Source: an uncultured bacterium
GTDB lineage: Bacteria > Fidelibacterota > Marinisomatia > Marinisomatales > JAHJCW01
Direction: 5' to 3'
DNA length: 64,000 nucleotides
NCBI GenBank assembly: GCA_964634215.1
Contig: CAZWKR010000006.1
Location: 15,607 to 79,606 of the forward strand
A model generated the notes under the pieces. It was not told where the DNA came from, ran no database searches, and saw nothing but the letters and a program-made list of their open reading frames with translations. The translations under genes and the position numbers were made by a program. This document shows, piece by piece, positions 7,741-15,131 of this stretch (position 1 is the stretch's first letter; every line of letters begins with the position of its first letter).

Positions 7741-9978
7741 TTGAAAATAATTAAAATAATTTTGTACTGTACGTGGTTTGCTACAGTTCAAATTTTTGCG
7801 CAGCAAACTGCGACTATTAGTGGTGCGGTATTAGATAAGCAAACAAATGAAGTCTTGAGCTATGCACAAGTAGTATTGGTTGGGACAACGATGGGCGCTA
7901 CCACCGATGAAAACGGTCAATTTCATATTGTGGTGTTGAAATCAGGGATATATGAAATCAAAACAACTATGATGGGATTTTCACCTCAGAGCATTAAGGC
8001 TAAAGTTGAAAATGGTTCGGAAGTAGTAGTTACGTTTAAACTACAACCCACTGTACTGGATGCGGATGAGATCTTTGTCACCGCAACCAAAATGGACAAA
8101 GCCGTTAAGAATATAGGTGGAGCGGTTTATATGATTCAGGAAAGTGAATTGAGACAAAGTGATAGTCGCAATATACAAGATGTTCTTACGAGAGTTCCGG
8201 GTGTCTTTACTCAGGATAAATTTCACAATGAACACAATGTTGTTACATTTCGCGGAGTTGGGTTACATACTTATGTTACCCGCGGAATTCTGGTTCTTGT
8301 AGATGGAATATCGGTCAATGAAGCGATGGGTCGTTCTGTTTTTGAAGGAATTAATCTGGAGAATGCTGAGCGAGTTGAAATTCTTAAAGGACCTGTATCC
8401 GCTTTATATGGTCCCAATGGAATTACAGGAGTTATTAATATTATTACCAAAAAAGCACCTGAGAAATTAGACGGTTCATTGAGCTACACTAATGGTGCAT
8501 ATAACTCAAAACGCTTTTCAGGTCAACTAGGTACAACATTTGGCAAGACTGGTGTTTATGCAAATGCATTAGTTTATTCTTCTGATGGATACATGGATCG
8601 CAATGCATATGACACAAAAAAAATTAACACACGTTTATCATCAGAATTTGATATGCTCGGATCATTAGATCTAACTTTTGATTATACAGAATCAACGATA
8701 GACTATGCTGGTTCATTAACTCGCGAACAATATGAGAATGACGAGACTGCCGGAACAAGTAAATATACTGGAAGTGAAAAACAGTTAATGCGTCTCGGAC
8801 TTAGAAGTGTAAAAGATTTGAACAAAAAATCACATATAGCCAGTAACATTTATTATCGCAGTCGTTTTGATCAGGGACATTACATGGACATCCGGTATGG
8901 CGAAAGTGATCTTAATCTTCTAGGTGGTGAGATCCAGCTACAGTCCAAAATTATGAAAGATAAGATTAGATATGTGGTTGGAGCCAGTCATGATCGGGAA
9001 ACAGGTGATTCGCAAACCTATAATCGTGATGAAGATGGTATAGTACAGGATTTAATTGGAGACGGCACAAGCAACTACAATATCAGTGGTGCTTATACTC
9101 AAGCTGATGTTTCAATACTTACTAATCTTACAGCGATATTAGGCATTCGTTATGATAATGTAGCCTATGACTGGCAGGATAATTTTCTGCCGGACAGTAG
9201 TAACACATCCGCGAGTACCACCATTGGTGCAGTAAGTCCAAAGTTTGGTATTGCCTATAATCCATTTGAACTAATGACAATTTTTGGTAACTGGGGACGT
9301 GGTTTCAATCCACCCGAAATGGACCAGCTGTTTAGTTCTGATTCTGAAAGCAATCCTGACTTGAAACCGGAATACTTAACTAATTATGAAATTGGAATCC
9401 GTGGTCGTTTAGGACCTCGTGTTAATTATCAAATCTCAGCCTTTAAAATGGATTTTGTTGATCAGGTTGTTAAGGATGAAGAGACAGATTACTATGAAAA
9501 TATAGGAAACACAGAACATAAAGGACTTGAAACATCAATTAATGCCATGATTATGCAGAATATGATGATTTATCTAAACTATTCCTATCTCAAAGCCTCT
9601 TTTGTTGACCATCCCCTATATGAAGGCAATGCATTGGTAAAGATACCTGAAAATCAAATAGGCGCAGGTGTAAGAATGACATTGCTTAATGATCTTACAG
9701 TAAGTCTTGATTATAAGTGGATGGATAAATTTTTCATGGATAATGAAGAAACAAATATATACGATGGTCATAGTGTTGTTAATGCTAAAATGCGATACAA
9801 TTACAAGCGTTATCATGTTGCGTTAAGCGTTGATAATTTACTGGACACCCACTATGCTTCTTCTGCAGCAGCTAGGTATGCAATTATTAACTATAGAACT
9901 CGGGAATATGGCTGGATAGAAAGTTTCTACCCAGGCTGGCCTCGTAACTTCAACCTAACAATTGGAATTGATTTCTAA
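7741..9978 (+). CDS. TonB-dependent outer-membrane receptor with N-terminal carboxypeptidase-regulatory-like domain
   Basis: TTG start after 'gagg'. Signal peptide '...VQIFA|QQ'. CarbopepD_reg-like 'ISGAVLDKQTNEVLSYAQVVL...TDENGQFHI'. Plug motifs 'RVEILKGPVSALYGPNGITGVINIITK'. C-terminal aromatic 'IGIDF'. Confidence 0.85.
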   Translation: MKIIKIILYCTWFATVQIFAQQTATISGAVLDKQTNEVLSYAQVVLVGTTMGATTDENGQFHIVVLKSGIYEIKTTMMGFSPQSIKAKVENGSEVVVTFKLQPTVLDADEIFVTATKMDKAVKNIGGAVYMIQESELRQSDSRNIQDVLTRVPGVFTQDKFHNEHNVVTFRGVGLHTYVTRGILVLVDGISVNEAMGRSVFEGINLENAERVEILKGPVSALYGPNGITGVINIITKKAPEKLDGSLSYTNGAYNSKRFSGQLGTTFGKTGVYANALVYSSDGYMDRNAYDTKKINTRLSSEFDMLGSLDLTFDYTESTIDYAGSLTREQYENDETAGTSKYTGSEKQLMRLGLRSVKDLNKKSHIASNIYYRSRFDQGHYMDIRYGESDLNLLGGEIQLQSKIMKDKIRYVVGASHDRETGDSQTYNRDEDGIVQDLIGDGTSNYNISGAYTQADVSILTNLTAILGIRYDNVAYDWQDNFLPDSSNTSASTTIGAVSPKFGIAYNPFELMTIFGNWGRGFNPPEMDQLFSSDSESNPDLKPEYLTNYEIGIRGRLGPRVNYQISAFKMDFVDQVVKDEETDYYENIGNTEHKGLETSINAMIMQNMMIYLNYSYLKASFVDHPLYEGNALVKIPENQIGAGVRMTLLNDLTVSLDYKWMDKFFMDNEETNIYDGHSVVNAKMRYNYKRYHVALSVDNLLDTHYASSAAARYAIINYRTREYGWIESFYPGWPRNFNLTIGIDF

Positions 9979-10972
9979 GGGTTATACGTTGAAAAATTTA
10001 ATATATATTTTTTTGGTATCGGTCTTGTTTGGAGGGACCGGTACTAATGCTGTTTGGTTGTCACAGATTCCACCACCAGAGCGAGCGAAACAAATTGTAT
10101 CTTCAGGCATGCATCGTTTACCCACAGTAAAAAAGAGAGGTCGTGGCCCGGTGATACTAGCACTATGGTTGCGTCAGGGAGAGTCTATTTTAGATGCAAA
10201 ATATGTAGACCGGACCAACTTTGATAGTCTTAAAACCACGCTCCTTTCACCTAATGGTGAAGCAATCGAACATAATCTCTCTAAAGTTGAAGGAGGGCTA
10301 GAATTAACGCTAAGTGGCTCGGATGAGGGTTTTTATAATGCCTTCCTCATTGGAAAAAAACTTGAAGGTGAAACACTTATAGTTTCTACCGTGCAGTCAG
10401 AATTGATAAATCACAGTTGTCGTAATGGACATAAACATGTTTCCCGTAGTTTGGGACCATTTTATGGAGGTGATAGTATTCCACTAGAAATAATTAGGAA
10501 TCGTATTCGATGGGAAGATTTTCATACAGTCATTAAATCCGGTGATGTAATTGAATATCAACTGTTGTTATATGGTCAGCCTATATCTGGCATAAGAGTG
10601 ACAATGACAACCCATCAAGGTTGGCAGAAATCAAAATTTACCAATAGTGAAGGAAAGGTTAGTTTTGAATTTATAGGAGAATATTTTGGCAGGGACAAGG
10701 AATTTCACAGTCGCGATATGTATCATTACTTATTAGTAGCAGATTATTCTGTTCCTGAATCTGGGCAATTTATGAAGAAATCTTATCAAAAGATTAGGTA
10801 CCAAAGTACGGTTTCTGAAAAGTACAGAGCAGCTACTGAAATCTATACATCCACCGTTTGGGGATTATTTATAATGTTTGTAACAATGGTGATTGTTGGC
10901 TTGAGTATTTTTATTTATCGGCGGAAAACCAGTCGTGATTATAGGGAAATAGTATTCGATGAAAAAGATTAG
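9962..10972 (+). CDS. Periplasmic protein with N-terminal signal/anchor and C-terminal TM anchor (DUF4198-like Ig/transthyretin-type fold suspected)
   Basis: Overlaps the receptor stop; an alternative TTG lies at 9989. 'GDVIEYQLLLYGQPISGIRVTMTTHQGWQKSKFTNSEGKVSFEF' resembles DUF4198/CarboxypepD_reg beta-sandwich segments. C-terminal TM 'WGLFIMFVTMVIVGLSIFIY'. Confidence 0.45.
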   Translation: MELISKGYTLKNLIYIFLVSVLFGGTGTNAVWLSQIPPPERAKQIVSSGMHRLPTVKKRGRGPVILALWLRQGESILDAKYVDRTNFDSLKTTLLSPNGEAIEHNLSKVEGGLELTLSGSDEGFYNAFLIGKKLEGETLIVSTVQSELINHSCRNGHKHVSRSLGPFYGGDSIPLEIIRNRIRWEDFHTVIKSGDVIEYQLLLYGQPISGIRVTMTTHQGWQKSKFTNSEGKVSFEFIGEYFGRDKEFHSRDMYHYLLVADYSVPESGQFMKKSYQKIRYQSTVSEKYRAATEIYTSTVWGLFIMFVTMVIVGLSIFIYRRKTSRDYREIVFDEKD

Positions 10973-11954
10973 CACAATTCTAAATAACGGAAATATTAAT
11001 CGTTTCCGTACCATTGTTCAAATACTTACATTTATTTTACTTATGTACGGTGGTTTGGCTCATATTTCAATCAGTGAGCGAATCCCCACCTTTGCTTGTC
11101 CATATAACCCTGCTAGTGGAGGAACCTGCTATTTGATCGCAATTCAACATCAGCTTCACACTACTTTTGCCAACTTAGCCAGCTTCAGTGGAATTGCCAT
11201 ACTAACGGGACTGGGATTATTTCTTATGTTTTTTCTATTTTTAAACAAAGCCTGGTGTGGCTTTATCTGTCCGCTGGGAACAATTCAAGATTGGATAACT
11301 GGTCTTCGACGGAAGTTGGGTTTTCGGTTTGCGCGGTACGAGGACAACAATTTTAAGAGATTAAAGATTATTAAGTATTTGTTATTAGCATTATTAATTA
11401 TCATTTCCTTGGGCATGAGTAATTCATTTTTTGGATTACCAAAAATCTCACATGATATGTCATCACCTTTTTGTCAAATTTGTCCAGGGCGAACAGTATT
11501 ACCAATATTTGCTGGTGATACTACCCAACTCGTTATTGACTTCAGTTCAACTACTACTTTGATAATGTCCGCACTAGGTATGATAGTTACGGGTCTCTTC
11601 CTGGTTGGTGCTTTTGTGAAAAAGAGATTTTTTTGCCTGTTTTGTCCCATGAGTGCTTTACAATACATCTTTTCAAAATTTGCATTTTTACGATTGATTA
11701 AGGATGGGGAGAAGTGCACCAGGTGTGGAAACTGTTCACGAGTTTGCGACGTTGGTATCAAAGAAATTGCTGATGACGTCGTCAGTAAAAACATTGTTAC
11801 TGATGATTGTATGATGTGTTTTAAATGTGTTGGAGCTTGCCCTGAAAAGGATTGTCTTAAAGTAAAATTTGTTACATTGCCACTTTTTACGGCTACAGAG
11901 GAAGGTTTTTTTAAACGCTATGAAGCGAATGAGAATAAAGAGATTACACTATGA
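10959..11954 (+). CDS. Integral-membrane polyferredoxin (NapH/MauN/NosR-C-terminal family, 4Fe-4S binding)
   Basis: 'WCGFICPLGTIQDW' (CX3CP) and 'FFCLFCPM' motifs between TM helices. Two ferredoxin motifs, 'CTRCGNCSRVCD' and 'CMMCFKCVGACPE'. 14-nt overlap with the upstream ORF. Confidence 0.75.
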   Translation: MKKISTILNNGNINRFRTIVQILTFILLMYGGLAHISISERIPTFACPYNPASGGTCYLIAIQHQLHTTFANLASFSGIAILTGLGLFLMFFLFLNKAWCGFICPLGTIQDWITGLRRKLGFRFARYEDNNFKRLKIIKYLLLALLIIISLGMSNSFFGLPKISHDMSSPFCQICPGRTVLPIFAGDTTQLVIDFSSTTTLIMSALGMIVTGLFLVGAFVKKRFFCLFCPMSALQYIFSKFAFLRLIKDGEKCTRCGNCSRVCDVGIKEIADDVVSKNIVTDDCMMCFKCVGACPEKDCLKVKFVTLPLFTATEEGFFKRYEANENKEITL

Positions 11955-13219
11955 ACAATGGAAATCAGAGATATGAGCGTCAGAAAATATTAGCTCGGAA
12001 ACGCTTTAAGCAAGAAGGTCAACGCTGTTTGCAGGATTTAACACAAGATGGCAGAAACCATCCTAACGGAATGAAATATTTTTATGATCGATATCGGGAT
12101 CTTCTGGAAGAATCGAACAAAACCAACGATAAGCCGGTTGTGGCTTCCATGTGCATACACGTACCGGCAGAATTAATCTATGCTTTGGGTGCCCGACCAG
12201 TACGAATCTGTGCCGGAGTTCATGTGACTGACACTATTGGGGCAGAATATTTGCCAGCCAAAACTTGTCCACTTGTAAAATCAACGCTAGGAGCTATTCA
12301 CATGGATATGCTGCCAATAAAGAGCGAACCGATTATGACAGTTAATCCCACAACCTGCGATCAAAAACGTAAGTTGGGAGAAGTGACAGCAGAACTTGGT
12401 AAAGAACTTTACACCATTGAATTGCCACCAACTAAGGATTCAGCAGAAGCTCGGGAGTATTGGTTGCGAGTAGTAAAGAAGTTCACACTAGTCTTAGAAG
12501 AAGCTACCGGACAGAAATTAACGAAGAAGAAATTGAAATCTGCTATCAGCTTAGTTGCCAAGGCTCAGGCAGAATATAGGCGGTTCCATCAATTGCGACA
12601 ACAGGGAATAGTAATTAATGGAAATGATGCTCTCCTGGTAACTAATTCCCACTTCTTTGATGATATTGAAGCCTGGACAATTGCCTTAAAAAAATTAAAT
12701 ACTGAACTTGAGAAAAGACTTTCTGAGGATAAATGGGTGGTTCCAAAACAGACACCACGCATATTGATTACTGGATCACCATCAATTTTCCCAAATCTAA
12801 AACTACCGTTACTAATTGAACAATCAGGTGCAGTAATTGTCGAGGATGAATTTTGTAGTGGTAGTCGCTTGCTCCACGATACCGTAGCTGTCGATGAGTG
12901 GTTTCTCTATGATATGATCCCAGCGATAGCAGACCGTTACTTAAAACCTAGTACCTGTCCCAACTTCACACCGAACGAAGATCGGGTTCGAAAATTATTA
13001 ACGTCCATCAAAGATTTTAAAGTCGATGGTGTGATCTATCAATCTTTTGCAGGTTGTCAGTTATATGAAATTGAGTCGCTGAGCATTGGAAAAACACTAG
13101 AACGAGAGGGTGTTCCAATGCTATATGTAGAAACTGATTATAATCCGGATGATGGTGGGCAATTATCAACCAGAGTTGAAGCCTTTATAGATGCTCTGAA
13201 TGGAAAAAATTCATACTAA
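11951..13219 (+). CDS. 2-hydroxyacyl-CoA dehydratase / BcrC-BadD-HgdB family Fe-S protein present as a single subunit (double-cubane-cluster-protein-like)
   Basis: ATGA overlap with the polyferredoxin gene. 422 aa with conserved-looking Cys positions ('MCIHVP','AKTCPLVKS','TTCDQKRK','EFCSGSR','STCPNF','FAGCQLYE'). Sits directly upstream of an activase gene. No second paralogous subunit is present. Confidence 0.7.
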   Translation: MNNGNQRYERQKILARKRFKQEGQRCLQDLTQDGRNHPNGMKYFYDRYRDLLEESNKTNDKPVVASMCIHVPAELIYALGARPVRICAGVHVTDTIGAEYLPAKTCPLVKSTLGAIHMDMLPIKSEPIMTVNPTTCDQKRKLGEVTAELGKELYTIELPPTKDSAEAREYWLRVVKKFTLVLEEATGQKLTKKKLKSAISLVAKAQAEYRRFHQLRQQGIVINGNDALLVTNSHFFDDIEAWTIALKKLNTELEKRLSEDKWVVPKQTPRILITGSPSIFPNLKLPLLIEQSGAVIVEDEFCSGSRLLHDTVAVDEWFLYDMIPAIADRYLKPSTCPNFTPNEDRVRKLLTSIKDFKVDGVIYQSFAGCQLYEIESLSIGKTLEREGVPMLYVETDYNPDDGGQLSTRVEAFIDALNGKNSY

Positions 13220-13222
13220 GGA

Positions 13223-14023
13223 ATGACAATGCATTATTTTACAGGGATCGATATTGGATCCACATCAATAAAAATCGCAATCATCGATGATAGTGGTAGG
13301 TTAGTGAATAGCATTACTACGCCCACTGGTAGCCGTTTTGCTCAGAATACCGTTGATGCTCTAAATCGGTTACTTTCAGAAGTTGGGATTTCTCCGGATG
13401 ACAATGCATATACTATTTCCACTGGTTATGGACGCAAATTATTTAAGGCTGGTGACGAAGCCGTCAATGAAATTACTGCCAATGCAGTTGGTGTTAAGGC
13501 AATGGGCTCTGAATATAGGAGCATTAGGACTATTATCAACGTAGGTGGTCAGGATTCAAAGGTGATACGGTTGAAATCAGATGGAAGTGTCGACAAGTTT
13601 GCTATGAATGATAAATGCGCCGCCGGTACAGGTCGTTTTCTGGAAATTGCAGCTCGTAATTTGGAAGTTGATATTGCTGAGTTTGCCAATCTTCATCTTA
13701 CAACGAAAGAATTATCCTGTCAGGTGAACAGCACTTGCGCTGTATTTGCAGAATCAGAACTCATTTCACTATTAGCAGCTGGCAATGATAAAGCTACAAT
13801 TGCAGGGGGAGTTCACGAATCCATTGCTCGGCGTTTGAGTCGTTTAGCTGCTCGCGTGGGTCTATCTGAAGATGTACTGTTCGATGGTGGTGCAGCCATT
13901 AATGGTGGAATGATTAAAGCACTTGAAGACGAGTTAATGGTGCCGTTGATAATTGCTGCTGATCCTCAGACTACAACTGCCATTGGTGCAGCAGTTATGG
14001 CAAAAGACCGATGGAAGAATTAG
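13223..14023 (+). CDS. BcrAD/BadFG/HgdC-type ATPase ('CoA-substrate-specific enzyme activase', archerase)
   Basis: ASKHA phosphate-1 motif 'GIDIGSTSIKIAII'. The two cluster-bridging Cys contexts 'NDKCAAGTGRFLE' and 'NSTCAVFAESE'. 266 aa. Confidence 0.85.
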   Translation: MTMHYFTGIDIGSTSIKIAIIDDSGRLVNSITTPTGSRFAQNTVDALNRLLSEVGISPDDNAYTISTGYGRKLFKAGDEAVNEITANAVGVKAMGSEYRSIRTIINVGGQDSKVIRLKSDGSVDKFAMNDKCAAGTGRFLEIAARNLEVDIAEFANLHLTTKELSCQVNSTCAVFAESELISLLAAGNDKATIAGGVHESIARRLSRLAARVGLSEDVLFDGGAAINGGMIKALEDELMVPLIIAADPQTTTAIGAAVMAKDRWKN

Positions 14024-14124
14024 ATGTACAGGTATGATACCATCCTAAGATATTTAACTAATAAAGTTGTAATAAGCAGGGGCGTTATTAGAAATTAGAA
14101 ATGACGGAAAAATATCTCTAAAAA

Positions 14125-14137
14125 AGGCCTCTGCTCT
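14125..14137 (-). repeat. Isolated 13-nt fragment of tRNA-Phe (anticodon-stem/D-arm region) inside the island's right arm
   Basis: 'aggcctctgctct' equals 14300-14312 of the intact tRNA. It is followed by sequence resembling the stretch that follows the left truncated copy (see findings). Confidence 0.4.
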
Positions 14138-14211
14138 TTTTTCCTCACCCTTCAGCCTTGAAGCATGAGGAAATAATGAAATTTCCCCATTTTTCCCCTA
14201 ACTTCTCAGAC

Positions 14212-14237
14212 AAATAAAAAACCCCTCTATTGAGGGA
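14212..14237 (-). terminator. Rho-independent terminator of tRNA-Phe
   Basis: On the minus strand: CCCTC-AATA-GAGGG followed by G+TTTTTATTTG, 23 nt past the tRNA 3' end. Confidence 0.7.
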
Positions 14238-14308
14238 TTTGTCGTCAATATATCAAGCGTGGCTCCGGGCGGAATCGAACCACCGACACAAGGCTTTTCA
14301 GGCCTCTG
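14217..14308 (-). repeat. Direct repeat, right copy (terminator + 3' 49 nt of the intact tRNA-Phe)
   Basis: See the left copy. 14232-14308 is identical to 6815-6891. Confidence 0.9.
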
Positions 14309-14332
14309 CTCTACCAACTGAGCTACAGAGCC
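14260..14332 (-). tRNA. tRNA-Phe (anticodon GAA), 73 nt, CCA not encoded
   Basis: Reverse complement is GGCTCTGTAGCTCAGTTGGTAGAGCAGAGGCCTGAAAAGCCTTGTGTCGGTGGTTCGATTCCGCCCGGAGCCA. It folds by hand into a 7-bp acceptor stem, GCTC/GAGC D stem, GAGGC/GCCTT anticodon stem with loop CTGAAAA, and GGTGG/CCGCC T stem with loop TTCGATT. Confidence 0.93.
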
Positions 14333-14439
14333 AACGTATAGATTACTCTACAAATAACAACGTGAAAATTATTATTTCCATAACCATAATGCAATGTTTT
14401 ACTATAGTTGGAATTGGATAATATATTTAATTTGTATAA

Positions 14440-15036
14440 ATGAAAAAAATAGTAATAGCGACAAGTAATACACACAAATTGCTTGAAGTAAAAGAAATTC
14501 TCAAAGAATTACCATATGAATTTGTTGGATTAAATGAATTTCCTGATATTCCCCAGATCGAGGAAACAGGTAAAACATTATTAGAGAACTCCTTAATAAA
14601 AGCAAGAACAGTGCATAAAATTACTGGTTTTCCTACCGTGGCAGATGATACGGGCTTAGAAGTAAATATTTTAAATGGTGCTCCGGGTGTTAAATCGGCA
14701 CGGTATTCCGGGGAAAAGGCTACCAGCAAAGACAATTTAAATAAATTATTGAAAGATTTGGATGGACTTCCTTATGAAAAACGTGAAGCACAGTTTAGAA
14801 CAGTAATTTCATTTATAATTGATTCAAAGGAACACTGGGTTGATGGTATTGTTAAAGGAATTATATTAGACGAACCACGGGGGGATAGCGGATTTGGATA
14901 CGATCCAATTTTCTATATTCCTAAGCTTAAAAAGACTTTTGCAGAGCTATCTATGGAGGGAAAAAATAAAATTAGTCATCGTGGACTTGCATTAGAAAAA
15001 TTCCGTATACTTTTAGGTAAAATTAACCTCTCTTAA
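14440..15036 (+). CDS. rdgB: Non-canonical purine NTP pyrophosphatase (dITP/XTP pyrophosphatase, RdgB/HAM1 family)
   Basis: 'IATSNTHKLLEVKEIL', 'VADDTGLEVNILNGAPGVKSARY', 'GFGYDPIFY', 'KNKISHRGLAL'. Confidence 0.9.
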   Translation: MKKIVIATSNTHKLLEVKEILKELPYEFVGLNEFPDIPQIEETGKTLLENSLIKARTVHKITGFPTVADDTGLEVNILNGAPGVKSARYSGEKATSKDNLNKLLKDLDGLPYEKREAQFRTVISFIIDSKEHWVDGIVKGIILDEPRGDSGFGYDPIFYIPKLKKTFAELSMEGKNKISHRGLALEKFRILLGKINLS

Positions 15037-15131
15037 TAATTATGAGGAGTAATATATAGAATCCTATCGCTATTTGTTAAAGTGCCTACCGGATAGGTAC
15101 TAATCAATCAACAACAAATAGGAGAACGCCT

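Larger units (their letters stand above)
6892..14216. mobile_element. Putative integrase-less genomic island / tRNA-Phe-associated cargo segment
   Basis: Bracketed by the ~90-nt direct repeats derived from the tRNA-Phe 3' half. AT-rich non-coding arms at both ends (6892-7250, 14024-14216). No recombinase ORF inside. Confidence 0.45.

Noticed and set aside
6892-14216. Claim that the island has deviant GC content
   Set aside because: A few hand-counted 60-nt lines in 12181-13680 were 45-53% GC, against about 23% in part of sprA. However, metH and other core genes are also relatively GC-rich. Without a proper sliding-window computation the claim is not supportable.
14230-14421. 63-aa plus-strand ORF
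   Set aside because: It runs antisense through the intact tRNA-Phe gene and its promoter region. It is not a plausible protein.
14427-14735. 102-aa minus-strand ORF
   Set aside because: It is a shadow ORF opposite rdgB, whose plus-strand product carries unmistakable HAM1/RdgB motifs.
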